In this document: piece after piece, positions 9,992 through 19,547 of the stretch
Layout of the letters: each line of letters begins with the position of its first letter
Numbering within the stretch: position 1 is the stretch's first letter
Source of the DNA: Bacilli bacterium
GTDB lineage: Bacteria > Bacillota_I > Bacilli_A > RFN20 > CAG-826
Length of the DNA: 64,000 nucleotides
Assembly: GCA_045628045.1 (NCBI GenBank)
Contig: JAZQOV010000002.1
Span: 106,826 to 170,825 of the forward strand
Reading direction: 5' to 3'
Notes under the pieces: model-generated
What the model was told of the DNA's origin: nothing
The model's database searches: none
Seen by the model: only the letters and a program-made list of their open reading frames with translations
Position numbers and translations under genes: made by a program

Positions 9992-11251
9992 ATGACCTTA
10001 AAAGAAGTTCGCAAGTTAAAACATATAACTCAAGAAGAAGCCGCTTCTATTTTAGAGGTTCCTTTAAGAACATATAAAAGATACGAGAATGATCCAAAAT
10101 ATTTTGAATCATATAAATATGAGGCTGCAGTTTTAAAACTTAAAAATTATAAAGGTAAAACAAAGAAAACAAGAATTAAAATAAATAAAGATAATCTACT
10201 TATTGTAGGCGCGGGATTTGTAGGTTCTGCGTGCGGAGAAGTTTATTCAAAAAGATTTGATATTACTTTTGTGGATATTGATGAAAATAAGCTTCAATCT
10301 CTTAAGGGCAAATATAAAGTCTCAAATAGTATTGAAAAGATAAAAGAAATCTCAAATGTTTTACTTTGCCTTCCTACTGATTATGATGAGGAAACAAAAA
10401 CATATAAGACAGATGCTATTGAAAGCTCAATTGAGTCAGTTTTAAAAGTTAATCCAAACGCATTAATTATTGTTAAATCTACAGTTGCTGTTGGATACAC
10501 AAATTACCTTTCAGAAAAGTTCAATCATCCAATTTATTTTATGCCAGAATTTTTAAGAGAAAAATATGCGGTGGAAGATGCAAAAAGACCGATTAGGTTA
10601 CTTGTTGGCGCAGACAAAATAACCGGGAATTTACGAAAATTTTCAGAAAATATCGAGAAATCTCTTGATATTCCAATGAGGACAAGTTTTGTTTCAAATA
10701 AAGAAGCTGAAGCAATTAAATTATTTTCAAATTCGTATCTTGCAATGCGTGTTTCTTTCTTTAATGAATTAGATCAATTTGCAATGGAAGAAGGCATGAA
10801 TTCTAAGGCTATTATTTCCTCACTAGGCTTAGATGATAGAATTGGTGATTCTTACAATAATCCAAGCTACTGTTATAGTGGTTATTGTCTTCCAAAAGAT
10901 GTCAAAGTTCTAGGTGGCCAAACTGTTGGCACTCTTCTTAAAGCTATTGATAAATCAAATGCTGATAGGAAGAGGTCAATTGTAAACAGCATCATTTTTA
11001 AAGCTTATGAATTATCAAAAGATCCTGTTATTGGAGTTTATAAAACAGATTTTTCTAAAGAAAGACACATTGATAGCCTTTCTGAAATTCATGAACTTTT
11101 AAAGAAACATAGAATTAAGACATTACTTTATACTGGCAAAGATGAATCTTTAGAGGAGTTCGCTAATAAATCAACTCTCATTATTTGTGAGAAAATGTCA
11201 AAAGAACTTCTTGAGTATAAAAATAAAGTATACACACGTAACATAAAATAA
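9992..11251 (+). CDS. ugd: XRE-HTH fused to a UDP-glucose 6-dehydrogenase-like domain
   Basis: N-term TQEEAA..LRTYKRYE; VGAGFVG, KSTV, PEFLRE, EAEAIKLFSN, NNPS..YSGYCLPKD; TGgTATAAT-N6-ATG start. Confidence 0.85.
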   Translation: MTLKEVRKLKHITQEEAASILEVPLRTYKRYENDPKYFESYKYEAAVLKLKNYKGKTKKTRIKINKDNLLIVGAGFVGSACGEVYSKRFDITFVDIDENKLQSLKGKYKVSNSIEKIKEISNVLLCLPTDYDEETKTYKTDAIESSIESVLKVNPNALIIVKSTVAVGYTNYLSEKFNHPIYFMPEFLREKYAVEDAKRPIRLLVGADKITGNLRKFSENIEKSLDIPMRTSFVSNKEAEAIKLFSNSYLAMRVSFFNELDQFAMEEGMNSKAIISSLGLDDRIGDSYNNPSYCYSGYCLPKDVKVLGGQTVGTLLKAIDKSNADRKRSIVNSIIFKAYELSKDPVIGVYKTDFSKERHIDSLSEIHELLKKHRIKTLLYTGKDESLEEFANKSTLIICEKMSKELLEYKNKVYTRNIK

Positions 11252-11342
11252 ATTAATAGTTCGACAAAATGTGCAATTCTTGCAGTTTTTCTTTACTTTT
11301 TTCTTTAATACTATACTATGTATAACAAAGAGAGGTGCAATT

Positions 11343-12536
11343 ATGACATTAAAAGAAACTCGCAAAAATTGCAAATTAACACAAGAAGAAGCCGCAAAAG
11401 TAGTCGGAACTTCCTTAAGAACTTATGTTGCTTATGAAAAAGATGAAGCAAAAGCTGATCATTTAAAACTCACAAGAATGATTGAAATCTTAAATGAATA
11501 TGCAGCAAAAGATACATCAATCTTAAAAGACAAGGTCTTATTAATTACTGGTGGTACCGGTTCATTTGGCCACGCTGTAGTTGATAGATTCTTAAATACT
11601 GAGATTAAAGAAATCAGAATTCTTTCACGTGATGAAAAGAAACAAGATGATATGAGAAAGGCATACAACAATGAAAAACTTAAATTCTACATTGGTGATG
11701 TCCGTAACTTATCAAGCATTGTAGATGCATTCAAGGGTGTTGACTACGTTTTCTCTGCAGCAGCACTTAAACAAGTTCCATCATGTGAATTCTATCCAAT
11801 GGAAGCTGTCAGAACTAATGTTATTGGTTCAGATAACGTTATTACTGCATGTGTTCAAAACCATGTTAAGAAAGCAATCTTCTTATCAACGGATAAGGCA
11901 GCATATCCAATTAACGCTATGGGTATTTCAAAAGCTTTAATGGAAAAGAATGTTGTCGCAAGATCAAGACAACTTCTCAAAGATGATACTGTTTTATGTT
12001 TAACACGTTATGGAAACGTTATGGCCTCACGTGGTTCAGTTATTCCTCTATTCCTTCAACAAATTCATGATGGAAAACCAATCACAATCACAAATCCAGA
12101 AATGACAAGATTTATGATGACACTCGATGATGCTGTCGATTTAGTCCTTTACGCCTTTGAACACGGTGAACAAGGTGACTTATTCGTCCAAAAGGCTCCT
12201 GCTGCCACAATTGAAACACTTGCTAAAGCAGTTATTAATTTAACAGGATCAAAAACTGGTATTTCATATATTGGAACACGTCATGGTGAAAAGTTATATG
12301 AAACTTTAGTCACTCAAGAAGAAATGTTACGTGCAGAAGACATGGGTAACTTCTTTAGAGTGTGCGCAGATAATAGAAACCTTAACTACGATAAATACTT
12401 TACCAAAGGTAATAAGAAGTTAAATATTGGTGATTCATACACATCACATAACACTGGTAGACTTGATGTTAAAGGAATGGAAAAACTCCTTAAGAAACTT
12501 GAACTTTTTGGTGGACCAGTTAAACAACACGAATAA
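11343..12536 (+). CDS. fnlA: XRE-HTH fused to UDP-GlcNAc 4,6-dehydratase/5-epimerase (FnlA/CapE)
   Basis: N-term TQEEAA..SLRTYVAYE; ITGGTGSFG, SRDEKKQDDMR, AALKQVPSCEFYP, RYGNVMASRGSVIP; GAGGTG RBS. Confidence 0.92.
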   Translation: MTLKETRKNCKLTQEEAAKVVGTSLRTYVAYEKDEAKADHLKLTRMIEILNEYAAKDTSILKDKVLLITGGTGSFGHAVVDRFLNTEIKEIRILSRDEKKQDDMRKAYNNEKLKFYIGDVRNLSSIVDAFKGVDYVFSAAALKQVPSCEFYPMEAVRTNVIGSDNVITACVQNHVKKAIFLSTDKAAYPINAMGISKALMEKNVVARSRQLLKDDTVLCLTRYGNVMASRGSVIPLFLQQIHDGKPITITNPEMTRFMMTLDDAVDLVLYAFEHGEQGDLFVQKAPAATIETLAKAVINLTGSKTGISYIGTRHGEKLYETLVTQEEMLRAEDMGNFFRVCADNRNLNYDKYFTKGNKKLNIGDSYTSHNTGRLDVKGMEKLLKKLELFGGPVKQHE

Positions 12537-12599
12537 AATTCGAAAATCAAAATACGAAAAATTTGCGTATTAAAAAATGAAAAAGCGCAAAATAAGATT

Positions 12600-13700
12600 A
12601 TGAAAGTTTTAGTTACAGGATCAAATGGTTTTATTGGAAAACACATGACCAAAGCCTTATTAAAGGCTGGTTATGAGGTTTTCCCATACGATATTGATAA
12701 AACAGAAGAAGACTTAGTTAATTATATTAATGAGACTGATTTTGTTGTTCATTTAGCAGGTATTAATCGACCACTTACTACTGAAGAATTTTATAATGGG
12801 AACACTAACTTCACTAAAAAGGTAGTGGATTTAATAAAAGAAAGTGGTCGAAATACTCCTATAATCATGTCTAGCTCTATTCAAGCAGCATTAGATAATG
12901 ATTATGGAAAATCTAAAAAGATGGGAGAAGACTTCTTATTTAAGTCTGGACTTCCTGTCTTTGTATTTAGACTTGCTAATGTATTCGGAAAGTGGTGTAG
13001 ACCAAACTACAATAGCGCGGCTGCTACATTTATGTATAACATAGCGCACAATCTTCCTATTGAGATTAGAGATAGAAATTACGTTGTCCATTATAACTAT
13101 GTCATTGACATTGTTAATACATTCTTAGAATGCATAAAAGGAAACATTAAGCCTTCAAAAGAAGTGTTATCTGTTTCTCCAGTTCACGATTGTTCACTTG
13201 GCACTTTAGCGGACACTCTTACCTACTTTAAAAACACTGTGGAATCAGATGAACACTTACCTCTTATTAAAAATGAGTTTGAGTTTAAGTTATTTGTCTC
13301 TTTCATGGATTATCTTTCTGAGGAAGGCTATTCCTTTAACTTCGCGGAAGATGCACGTGGATCATTTGAAGAAATATATAAATCAAAAAAATATGGTCAA
13401 ATTTCACTAAATACATCTTTCCCTGGAATCACTAAAGGTGGTCATTATCACACTTACAAAAATGAAATATTCATGACCGTTAAAGGTGATTGTGTTACAA
13501 GACTTAGAAAGATTGGAACCTCCGAAATACTTGAATATCCTCAACATGGAAAAGATTCAACAAGGGTTAAAATCATTCCAGAATACACTCACGATATTAA
13601 AAATGTTGGAAGTGAAGAATCAGTTACTATAATGTGGATTTCTGAAGTTTACTCTGATAAGACTCCAGACACATTTAGAGAAGACGTCGATATTAAATAA
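12600..13700 (+). CDS. fnlB: UDP-L-FucNAc pathway reductase/epimerase (FnlB/CapF), SDR plus cupin
   Basis: VTGSNGFIG, HLAGINRP, YGKSK, NVFGKWCRPNYNS, DARGSF, GITKGGHYH. Confidence 0.9.
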   Translation: MKVLVTGSNGFIGKHMTKALLKAGYEVFPYDIDKTEEDLVNYINETDFVVHLAGINRPLTTEEFYNGNTNFTKKVVDLIKESGRNTPIIMSSSIQAALDNDYGKSKKMGEDFLFKSGLPVFVFRLANVFGKWCRPNYNSAAATFMYNIAHNLPIEIRDRNYVVHYNYVIDIVNTFLECIKGNIKPSKEVLSVSPVHDCSLGTLADTLTYFKNTVESDEHLPLIKNEFEFKLFVSFMDYLSEEGYSFNFAEDARGSFEEIYKSKKYGQISLNTSFPGITKGGHYHTYKNEIFMTVKGDCVTRLRKIGTSEILEYPQHGKDSTRVKIIPEYTHDIKNVGSEESVTIMWISEVYSDKTPDTFREDVDIK

Positions 13701-13719
13701 TAAATATAGGAAAAAGATA

Positions 13720-13747
13720 AAAGCACTGGGAATTCCCGGTGTTTTTC
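13720..13747 (+). terminator. Intrinsic terminator after fnlB
   Basis: aagcactggg-aatt-cccggtgttttt. Confidence 0.75.
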
Positions 13748-13881
13748 ATAATCTTTTGCCTATATTTACATAATTTTCTCGTATTACAAAATGTGTTGAC
13801 TCTTCTAAATAATATAGTTGTCCCTAGTAGATAGAGCTCATCTATTAGGAACACTTAATATTAAGAAAGGAAAATCAAATT

Positions 13882-14091
13882 ATGTTTGTATTACTTAAAC
13901 TTATGGGATGCGTAGTATGGATCACTGCAATTATTCTTGCATTTGTCTTTATTGGAAAATCTGTTAGCGCATTTCGTAATGAAGATACTACTGGTTCAAA
14001 AGTAGGATGGATCTTGGCAACAATTGCTAACTTAATAATTGGTGCTGGTATTGGATTACTTTTCTACCAAGTAGCAGCACTTATTAAGTAG
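13882..14091 (+). CDS. Small 2-TM membrane protein
   Basis: AAGAAAGGA RBS, two hydrophobic helices. Confidence 0.7.
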   Translation: MFVLLKLMGCVVWITAIILAFVFIGKSVSAFRNEDTTGSKVGWILATIANLIIGAGIGLLFYQVAALIK

Positions 14092-14118
14092 TTATAAAAC
14101 TTTTGGAGGTAAGAAAAT

Positions 14119-14361
14119 ATGAAAACAGCCAGAAGATTTTATAAAGCGATTGCTTGCATTGTGGCTATGTTATTTATCGCAACACTAGTGTTATACATAA
14201 TCTTAATGATTAGGTCATTCACAAGAGGTGTTGATGGACTAACTGCAGGCTTTCTAGTAGTTGGTATTATCGCATTACTTATCGTTGTGCCTACACTTGC
14301 TAACTTTTTTATGGGAAGAGGCTGCAAGTGCGATAAATACCATCTAAATCAAAAAGAATAA
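14119..14361 (+). CDS. Small 2-TM membrane protein
   Basis: GGAGGT RBS, two hydrophobic helices; followed by terminator ggacac-atccgt-gtgtcctttt (~14386-14407). Confidence 0.7.
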   Translation: MKTARRFYKAIACIVAMLFIATLVLYIILMIRSFTRGVDGLTAGFLVVGIIALLIVVPTLANFFMGRGCKCDKYHLNQKE

Positions 14362-14540
14362 CTCACCCTCCCGAGTTTATCTTATGGACACATCCGTGTG
14401 TCCTTTTCTTTTGTTTTTGTCGCATTTGTCGCAACAATTTGAAGTATTACTAATACGAAAATTTAATCATGTCGTATAAATTGCGACACAAAACAACAGA
14501 AAATATTGCAAAATTATGACAAATGCCATAAACTTTAGGC

Positions 14541-15863
14541 ATGGAAAAATTAATATCACAAAGAAAAGACCTTGGACTTACTCAAGGCGAAGCCGCAAAG
14601 GCACTTGGAGTTTCACTTCGTACATATCAAAGATATGAGAGTGAAGGAACTCTTGATGAAACAAAATTAAATAAGATCTGTGCGGATCTAAAAATGAAAT
14701 GTGGCAAAGTCACATATAAAGGATTTTTAGACAATGGAAAACTCAAACTTTTAATTATTGTTGGAACAAGACCAGAAATCATTCGTCTTGCTGCAGTAAT
14801 AAATAAATGTAGAGATTACTTTGATGTCATTTTAGCGCATACAGGTCAAAACTATGATTACAATCTTAATGGTGTTTTCTTTAAAGACCTTGGAATCAAA
14901 GATCCAGATGTTTACTTAAACGCAGTTGGAAAAGATCTTGGGGAAACCATGGGAAATATCATTGCAAGATCATATGAGCTTATGGTGGAGATTAAACCAG
15001 ACGCAGTTTTGGTTCTTGGAGACACAAATTCATGTCTTTCAGTAATTGGAGCAAAACGTCTTCATATTCCAATCTTCCATATGGAAGCTGGAAATAGATG
15101 CAAAGATGAATGTCTTCCAGAAGAAACAAACAGAAGAATTGTTGATATTATCTCTGATGTTAACCTCGCATATTCTGAGCATGCACGCAGATATCTCGCG
15201 GATACAGGACTTCCAAAAGAAAGAACTTATGTTACAGGTTCACCAATGGCGGAAGTTCTCACCAATAACATTAAACAAATTGAATCAAGTGATATTTTGA
15301 CTCGCTTGAATCTAAAAAAAGGAAAATACATTCTTCTTTCCGCACATCGTGAGGAAAATATTGATACAGAGAAAAACTTCTTGTCCTTGTTTAACGCTAT
15401 TAACAAGATGGCAGAGATTTACGATATGCCAATCTTGTATTCATGCCATCCAAGAAGTAAGAAAAGACTTGAATCATCAAAGTTTAAACTTGATGAAAGA
15501 GTCATCATGCATGAACCACTTGGATTCCATGATTACAATAACTTACAAATGAATGCTTTCTGTGTTGTATCTGATTCAGGTACTCTTCCAGAAGAATCAA
15601 GCTTCTACGCAAGTATTGGTAAGCCAATTGCGGCAGTTTGTATTAGAACATCCACTGAAAGACCAGAAGCTTTAGATGATGCTTGCTTCGTTTTAGCGGG
15701 TATTGATGAAAAGAATCTTCTTCAAGCAGTGGAAGTAGCAATCAAAAACAAAGCTGGATGTCATCCAGTAGATAATTACGTAGACACGAACGTATCAGAC
15801 AAAGTTGTTAAGTTAATACAATCTTATGTTGGTGTTGTTAATAAAATGGTGTGGAGAAAATAA
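14541..15863 (+). CDS. fnlC: XRE-HTH fused to UDP-N-acetylhexosamine 2-epimerase (FnlC/CapG)
   Basis: N-term TQGEAA..SLRTYQRYE; VGTRPEIIRL, HTGQNYD, LGDTNS, HMEAGNRC, SDSGT, TERPE. Confidence 0.9.
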   Translation: MEKLISQRKDLGLTQGEAAKALGVSLRTYQRYESEGTLDETKLNKICADLKMKCGKVTYKGFLDNGKLKLLIIVGTRPEIIRLAAVINKCRDYFDVILAHTGQNYDYNLNGVFFKDLGIKDPDVYLNAVGKDLGETMGNIIARSYELMVEIKPDAVLVLGDTNSCLSVIGAKRLHIPIFHMEAGNRCKDECLPEETNRRIVDIISDVNLAYSEHARRYLADTGLPKERTYVTGSPMAEVLTNNIKQIESSDILTRLNLKKGKYILLSAHREENIDTEKNFLSLFNAINKMAEIYDMPILYSCHPRSKKRLESSKFKLDERVIMHEPLGFHDYNNLQMNAFCVVSDSGTLPEESSFYASIGKPIAAVCIRTSTERPEALDDACFVLAGIDEKNLLQAVEVAIKNKAGCHPVDNYVDTNVSDKVVKLIQSYVGVVNKMVWRK

Positions 15864-15994
15864 TCCACACCTTTTTTATAATGTTGAAATAGTTTTTTGC
15901 CAATAGACCGAATAGGTTGTATTGGTGAATTTTAATAAAACTCTTTCATATTATGAATACATATGCTATCATATGTTTGCAAAAGGAATCAGTT

Positions 15995-16450
15995 ATGGCA
16001 TTTAATCAAAGAGAATACACAAACGATTACAACAAAAATACATATAAAATGTATCCTTTTAGGGTGAAGCAAAACTCTACCTCAGTTATTGAGAAGCTTA
16101 AATCTGTGCCAAGTATGAACGCATATGTTCTCTCACTAATTGAAAATGACATTAATCCAGGTGTATTAACTCTTAAGATGATAAAAGATCGTATTTTGCC
16201 TGTGTTAAATAAGCATAACATTAACGAGGTTTATTTGTTTGGGAGCTATGCTCGTGGAGAAGCAAATAGGGATAGCGATTTAGATATATATTGTGAAAAA
16301 GGTGATATAAAGTCATTCATTGATCAAGAAATGCTTGAAGATGAGCTTAAAAACGCATTAGGGAAGGATGTTGATATTGTTTTTATTGGATCCAAGATGG
16401 ATGATTTCTTTAAATCACAATTAGAAGGAGATAAAATTAGAATATGTTAA
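15995..16450 (+). CDS. Minimal nucleotidyltransferase antitoxin (MntA-like) with N-terminal RHH-like extension
   Basis: LFGSYARGEA..DSDLD and KDVDIV motifs; AAGGA RBS. Confidence 0.85.
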   Translation: MAFNQREYTNDYNKNTYKMYPFRVKQNSTSVIEKLKSVPSMNAYVLSLIENDINPGVLTLKMIKDRILPVLNKHNINEVYLFGSYARGEANRDSDLDIYCEKGDIKSFIDQEMLEDELKNALGKDVDIVFIGSKMDDFFKSQLEGDKIRIC

Positions 16451-16788
16451 CAATTAAAGAACAAGGCTTATTGCTCGGAATAATAAAACACTGTGATAAA
16501 ATTCTTGAAAAGATTAATAGAATTACAAGAGTTCAATTTGATGAAGACGAGGATGTTATTCAGATTGTCTGCTTTAATATTTTGCAAATTGGAGAACTTG
16601 TAAAACATTTTGATGTTTCTTTCACAAGCAAATTTAATGAAGTCCCATGGAGTTTAATTGCACGCATGAGAGATAAAGTCGCTCATGGATATGGAACAAT
16701 TGATATTGATATAGTGTGGGGAACCGCAACAAAAGATATATCTTCTTTAAAAGCCTATTGTGAAAAGATTCTTAAGGAAAATATATAA
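16444..16788 (+). CDS. HEPN RNase toxin (HepT/DUF86)
   Basis: IGELVK, VPW..IARMRDKVAHGY (RxxxxH), IDIDIVW; overlaps the MNT gene. Confidence 0.88.
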   Translation: MLTIKEQGLLLGIIKHCDKILEKINRITRVQFDEDEDVIQIVCFNILQIGELVKHFDVSFTSKFNEVPWSLIARMRDKVAHGYGTIDIDIVWGTATKDISSLKAYCEKILKENI

Positions 16789-16794
16789 TACTTA

Positions 16795-16924
16795 ATAAAA
16801 GATAACACCTCTAATCTAAAGCATCGAACGTAATTTATAAGTGAAATACTAGTGTTTTCTTTTATCTCTTTTGCATATTCTATATGCGAGCGTACTTAAG
16901 TAGTGAACTTCATTTGCAAAAGAG
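16795..16924 (+). repeat. Spacer repeat R1 (hairpin A) plus hairpin module T
   Basis: aaagataacacct...gcatcgaacgtaatttataagtgaaatact-agtgttttctttt, then ctcttttgca...gagcgtacttaagtagtgaacttcatttgcaaaagag. Confidence 0.9.
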
Positions 16925-17059
16925 CTGCTAGAGGATGATAACACAGTAAAATTGAATTGCATAATAAGTATGATGTGTTAAAATAGCACTAGAAAATTTG
17001 AATAACTAAGTTAAATAAATTTGCAAAATTAAAATGATATATTATTGCAATTAGAGAAA

Positions 17060-17839
17060 ATGAATAGAAAAACATTCGAAGGATCAATTACTATTGAACA
17101 TGAAGGCATAACTTATTATGTTTCAGATCTTTCCTATACAATTTGGGAAGATGATTCTTTTGAATTCGTGTTTACTCCTAATTATTTTGTTATTGATTTA
17201 CTTCCAACAAGCGTTTTTCAAGGAATTCCTGGATTAAATCTTGATGAAAGAAAAGAAAAGTATGTTCGCAAAAACATAATGCCGACATTTATTTCTGAAA
17301 GAGTTCCTCAAAAAAATAGGGAAGATTTCTTTGAACTTCTAGAAGAAGCTGGTATGGACTATTTAAATCCAATTGAATATTTGCTAAAAACAAAAAAACA
17401 ATATAGCGGTGATCCTCTCAAACTTAAAGAAAAGAACGTTAAAACATTAGTGAACATAAACGAATTAGCAGTTAAAAACAACACATTTGGATTAACAAAA
17501 ATAATTTTGGATAATCTCGCTAAAGGAAATGATGTTTTCTATGAGGGATCAATTATTGATAACACTAATAGAAAAGCATTCTTTAATGTTCTTCATGCTT
17601 TATATGTAAAAACTTTAAAGGGAAGAGAAGCTACTAGAAATGCAGGAATAGAAAAAGCAAGACAATCTGGTAAATATAAAGGAAGAAAACCAGTTCAAGT
17701 TGATATGGTTTTATTTAATGAATCACTCAAAGATATTTCTAATGGAGTAATTAGTGTTTCAGAAGCATGTAAAAGACTTAATATCTCCGTGGATAAATTC
17801 TATCGTGTTAGAAAAATAGTTAATAAAGAATCTAAGTAA
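17060..17839 (+). CDS. Hypothetical protein: HipA-N-like region plus resolvase-type C-terminal HTH (no catalytic recombinase domain)
   Basis: FISERVP..NREDF..LL..AG....P..YL; C-term GIEKAR..GKYKGRKP...VSEACKRLNISVDKFYR. Confidence 0.6.
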   Translation: MNRKTFEGSITIEHEGITYYVSDLSYTIWEDDSFEFVFTPNYFVIDLLPTSVFQGIPGLNLDERKEKYVRKNIMPTFISERVPQKNREDFFELLEEAGMDYLNPIEYLLKTKKQYSGDPLKLKEKNVKTLVNINELAVKNNTFGLTKIILDNLAKGNDVFYEGSIIDNTNRKAFFNVLHALYVKTLKGREATRNAGIEKARQSGKYKGRKPVQVDMVLFNESLKDISNGVISVSEACKRLNISVDKFYRVRKIVNKESK

Positions 17840-17949
17840 AGATAACACCTCTTAAGCATTGAACGTAATTTATAAGTGAAATGCTAGGTGTTTTCTTTTA
17901 TTCTTTTCTCATTAGAGAAGCGTATCAAGTTCTTGCAGGTCAAGAAAAA
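17838..17949 (+). repeat. Spacer repeat R2 (hairpin A plus hairpin B)
   Basis: Near-identical to R3/R6; overlaps the stop codon of the preceding gene. Confidence 0.92.
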
Positions 17950-17993
17950 CGCAAAATAATAACCATTTGCTAATCAAAGCAAAGCAAAATGTT

Positions 17994-18040
17994 AGTTTAA
18001 GAAGGTAGATGTTGACAATGTACCTTCCGAAACTTACAAT
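17994..18040 (+). promoter_or_regulatory. Sigma-A promoter with an overlapping inverted repeat (likely AbiEi operator)
   Basis: TTGACA(18012)-N17-TACAAT(18035)-N6-ATG; agttt..gaaggta...taccttc..aaact palindrome spans the -35. Confidence 0.75.
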
Positions 18041-18046
18041 ATAGTC

Positions 18047-18598
18047 ATGATTTACACAACGAAACAACTTCTTAAAAAACACAAAAACAACACAAGTATT
18101 AACAGAATGGAGAAATCCGGAAAACTTTTTAGGGTTGCTCAGGGTGTTTATTCTGACGAACAAACTAATGTTGCGGATTTAGAAAGCATATTTCTTGTGT
18201 ATAAAAATGCTATTTTAACTAACGAAAGTGCATTTGCCTTTTATGAATTAACCGACAACATTCCTGAAAAGTACTCAATAGTAACTCCACTTAAGTCACA
18301 TAGAATTAGCTTTAAAGGTGTTGAGCAAAGCTATATGCAAGATTCAATTTTAAAAATTGGATTAACTAAAGCAAAAACAGAGTATGGATATATTAATATA
18401 TATGACAAAGAAAGATTACTTGTTGAATTGTTTAGACTCCGCAACAAGTTTTCTTATGAGCTTTACAAAGAAGTAGTGGCAAATTATAGAAAACTTGCTA
18501 TAGAAAATAAAATAGATTTTCTTAAGGTTTTTAAATATTGCGATAAGTTCGCATATGGCAAGACGATAAGAAAGATTATTGAGGAGGTAATCATATGA
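18047..18598 (+). CDS. abiEi: Type IV TA antitoxin AbiEi family
   Basis: GKLFRVAQGVY, ESAFAFYELTD.IP, IYDKERLLVE. Confidence 0.85.
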   Translation: MIYTTKQLLKKHKNNTSINRMEKSGKLFRVAQGVYSDEQTNVADLESIFLVYKNAILTNESAFAFYELTDNIPEKYSIVTPLKSHRISFKGVEQSYMQDSILKIGLTKAKTEYGYINIYDKERLLVELFRLRNKFSYELYKEVVANYRKLAIENKIDFLKVFKYCDKFAYGKTIRKIIEEVII

Positions 18599-19401
18599 AA
18601 ACAATCAGTGAACTTGTAAAAGATAAAATAAATCTTTTTAATATGAATAGAGTTGAGGCAGAGAGCTATGTTTGCCAAGAAATTATAATCAATAAAATTG
18701 CCAAATCTGAGCTTGTTGATAGAACATTCCTAAAGGGTGGTGTTGTGTTGTTTAACATGTCAAAGAATGAACGCCGCACAACAAGAGATATTGATTTTGA
18801 TTTAGCACACTACGATATATCCACAGAAGAATCTATGAAAAACTTGGTTTACATGTTAAATAAAAGAGACTCTGAATACGTTGTTACCTACATTAAAAGT
18901 GATCAGCTACATCAAGACGATTATAAAGGCAGAAGACTTTATCTCAAAGTGTCTGATAAAAGTGCTACATTAAAAATTACGATTGATGTGGGTGTTCACA
19001 CTTTATTTGCAATTAATCAACTTGATTCAATTTTTACATTTAATAATGACAATAACAAAGTAGTGGTTAAAGTGAACCCACCTGAGCAAATGATAGCAGA
19101 GAAACTTTATTCTTTAGCAAAACACACTATAGTGTCACAAAGATATCGTGATCTTTATGATGTATATTACCTTCTAAAGAACACTAAAGTTGAAAAGAAG
19201 GTAGTTCGTCAATGTTTTGAATTGCTTTTAATTAATAATATGCATGGTTTTAATGATTTGAGTGATGTTATCTCTAGAATTGATGAAACCCTCTCAAATG
19301 AAGTGTTTAAAGAAAGAACTGAAAATGCTTCTAAGAAATGGATTGATATTGACTATCTTACTTTAAAAGAAACAATTCTCAATTTGTTATATAACATCTA
19401 A
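18595..19401 (+). CDS. abiEii: Type IV TA toxin AbiEii nucleotidyltransferase
   Basis: FLKGG, RTTRDIDF, EQMIAEK, RYRDLYD. Confidence 0.9.
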   Translation: MKTISELVKDKINLFNMNRVEAESYVCQEIIINKIAKSELVDRTFLKGGVVLFNMSKNERRTTRDIDFDLAHYDISTEESMKNLVYMLNKRDSEYVVTYIKSDQLHQDDYKGRRLYLKVSDKSATLKITIDVGVHTLFAINQLDSIFTFNNDNNKVVVKVNPPEQMIAEKLYSLAKHTIVSQRYRDLYDVYYLLKNTKVEKKVVRQCFELLLINNMHGFNDLSDVISRIDETLSNEVFKERTENASKKWIDIDYLTLKETILNLLYNI

Positions 19402-19408
19402 TAACTTT

Positions 19409-19522
19409 AAAGATAACACCTCTTAAGCATTGAACGTAAGTTATAAGTGAAATGCTAAGGTGTTTTCTTTTATCTCTTTTCTTGATAGAGAAGCGTAGCA
19501 ATTTCTCGTATGACAAGAAAAG
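19409..19522 (+). repeat. Spacer repeat R3 (hairpin A plus hairpin B)
   Basis: aaagataacacctcttaagcattgaacgtaagttataagtgaaatgctaaggtgttttctttt plus ttttcttgatagagaagcgtagcaatttctcgtatgacaagaaaa. Confidence 0.92.
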
Positions 19523-19547
19523 CCTCAATTTAATATATAGAAATTTA

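Noticed and set aside
17060-17839. Active resolvase responsible for the array
   Set aside because: Only the C-terminal DNA-binding tail is present; no catalytic serine domain
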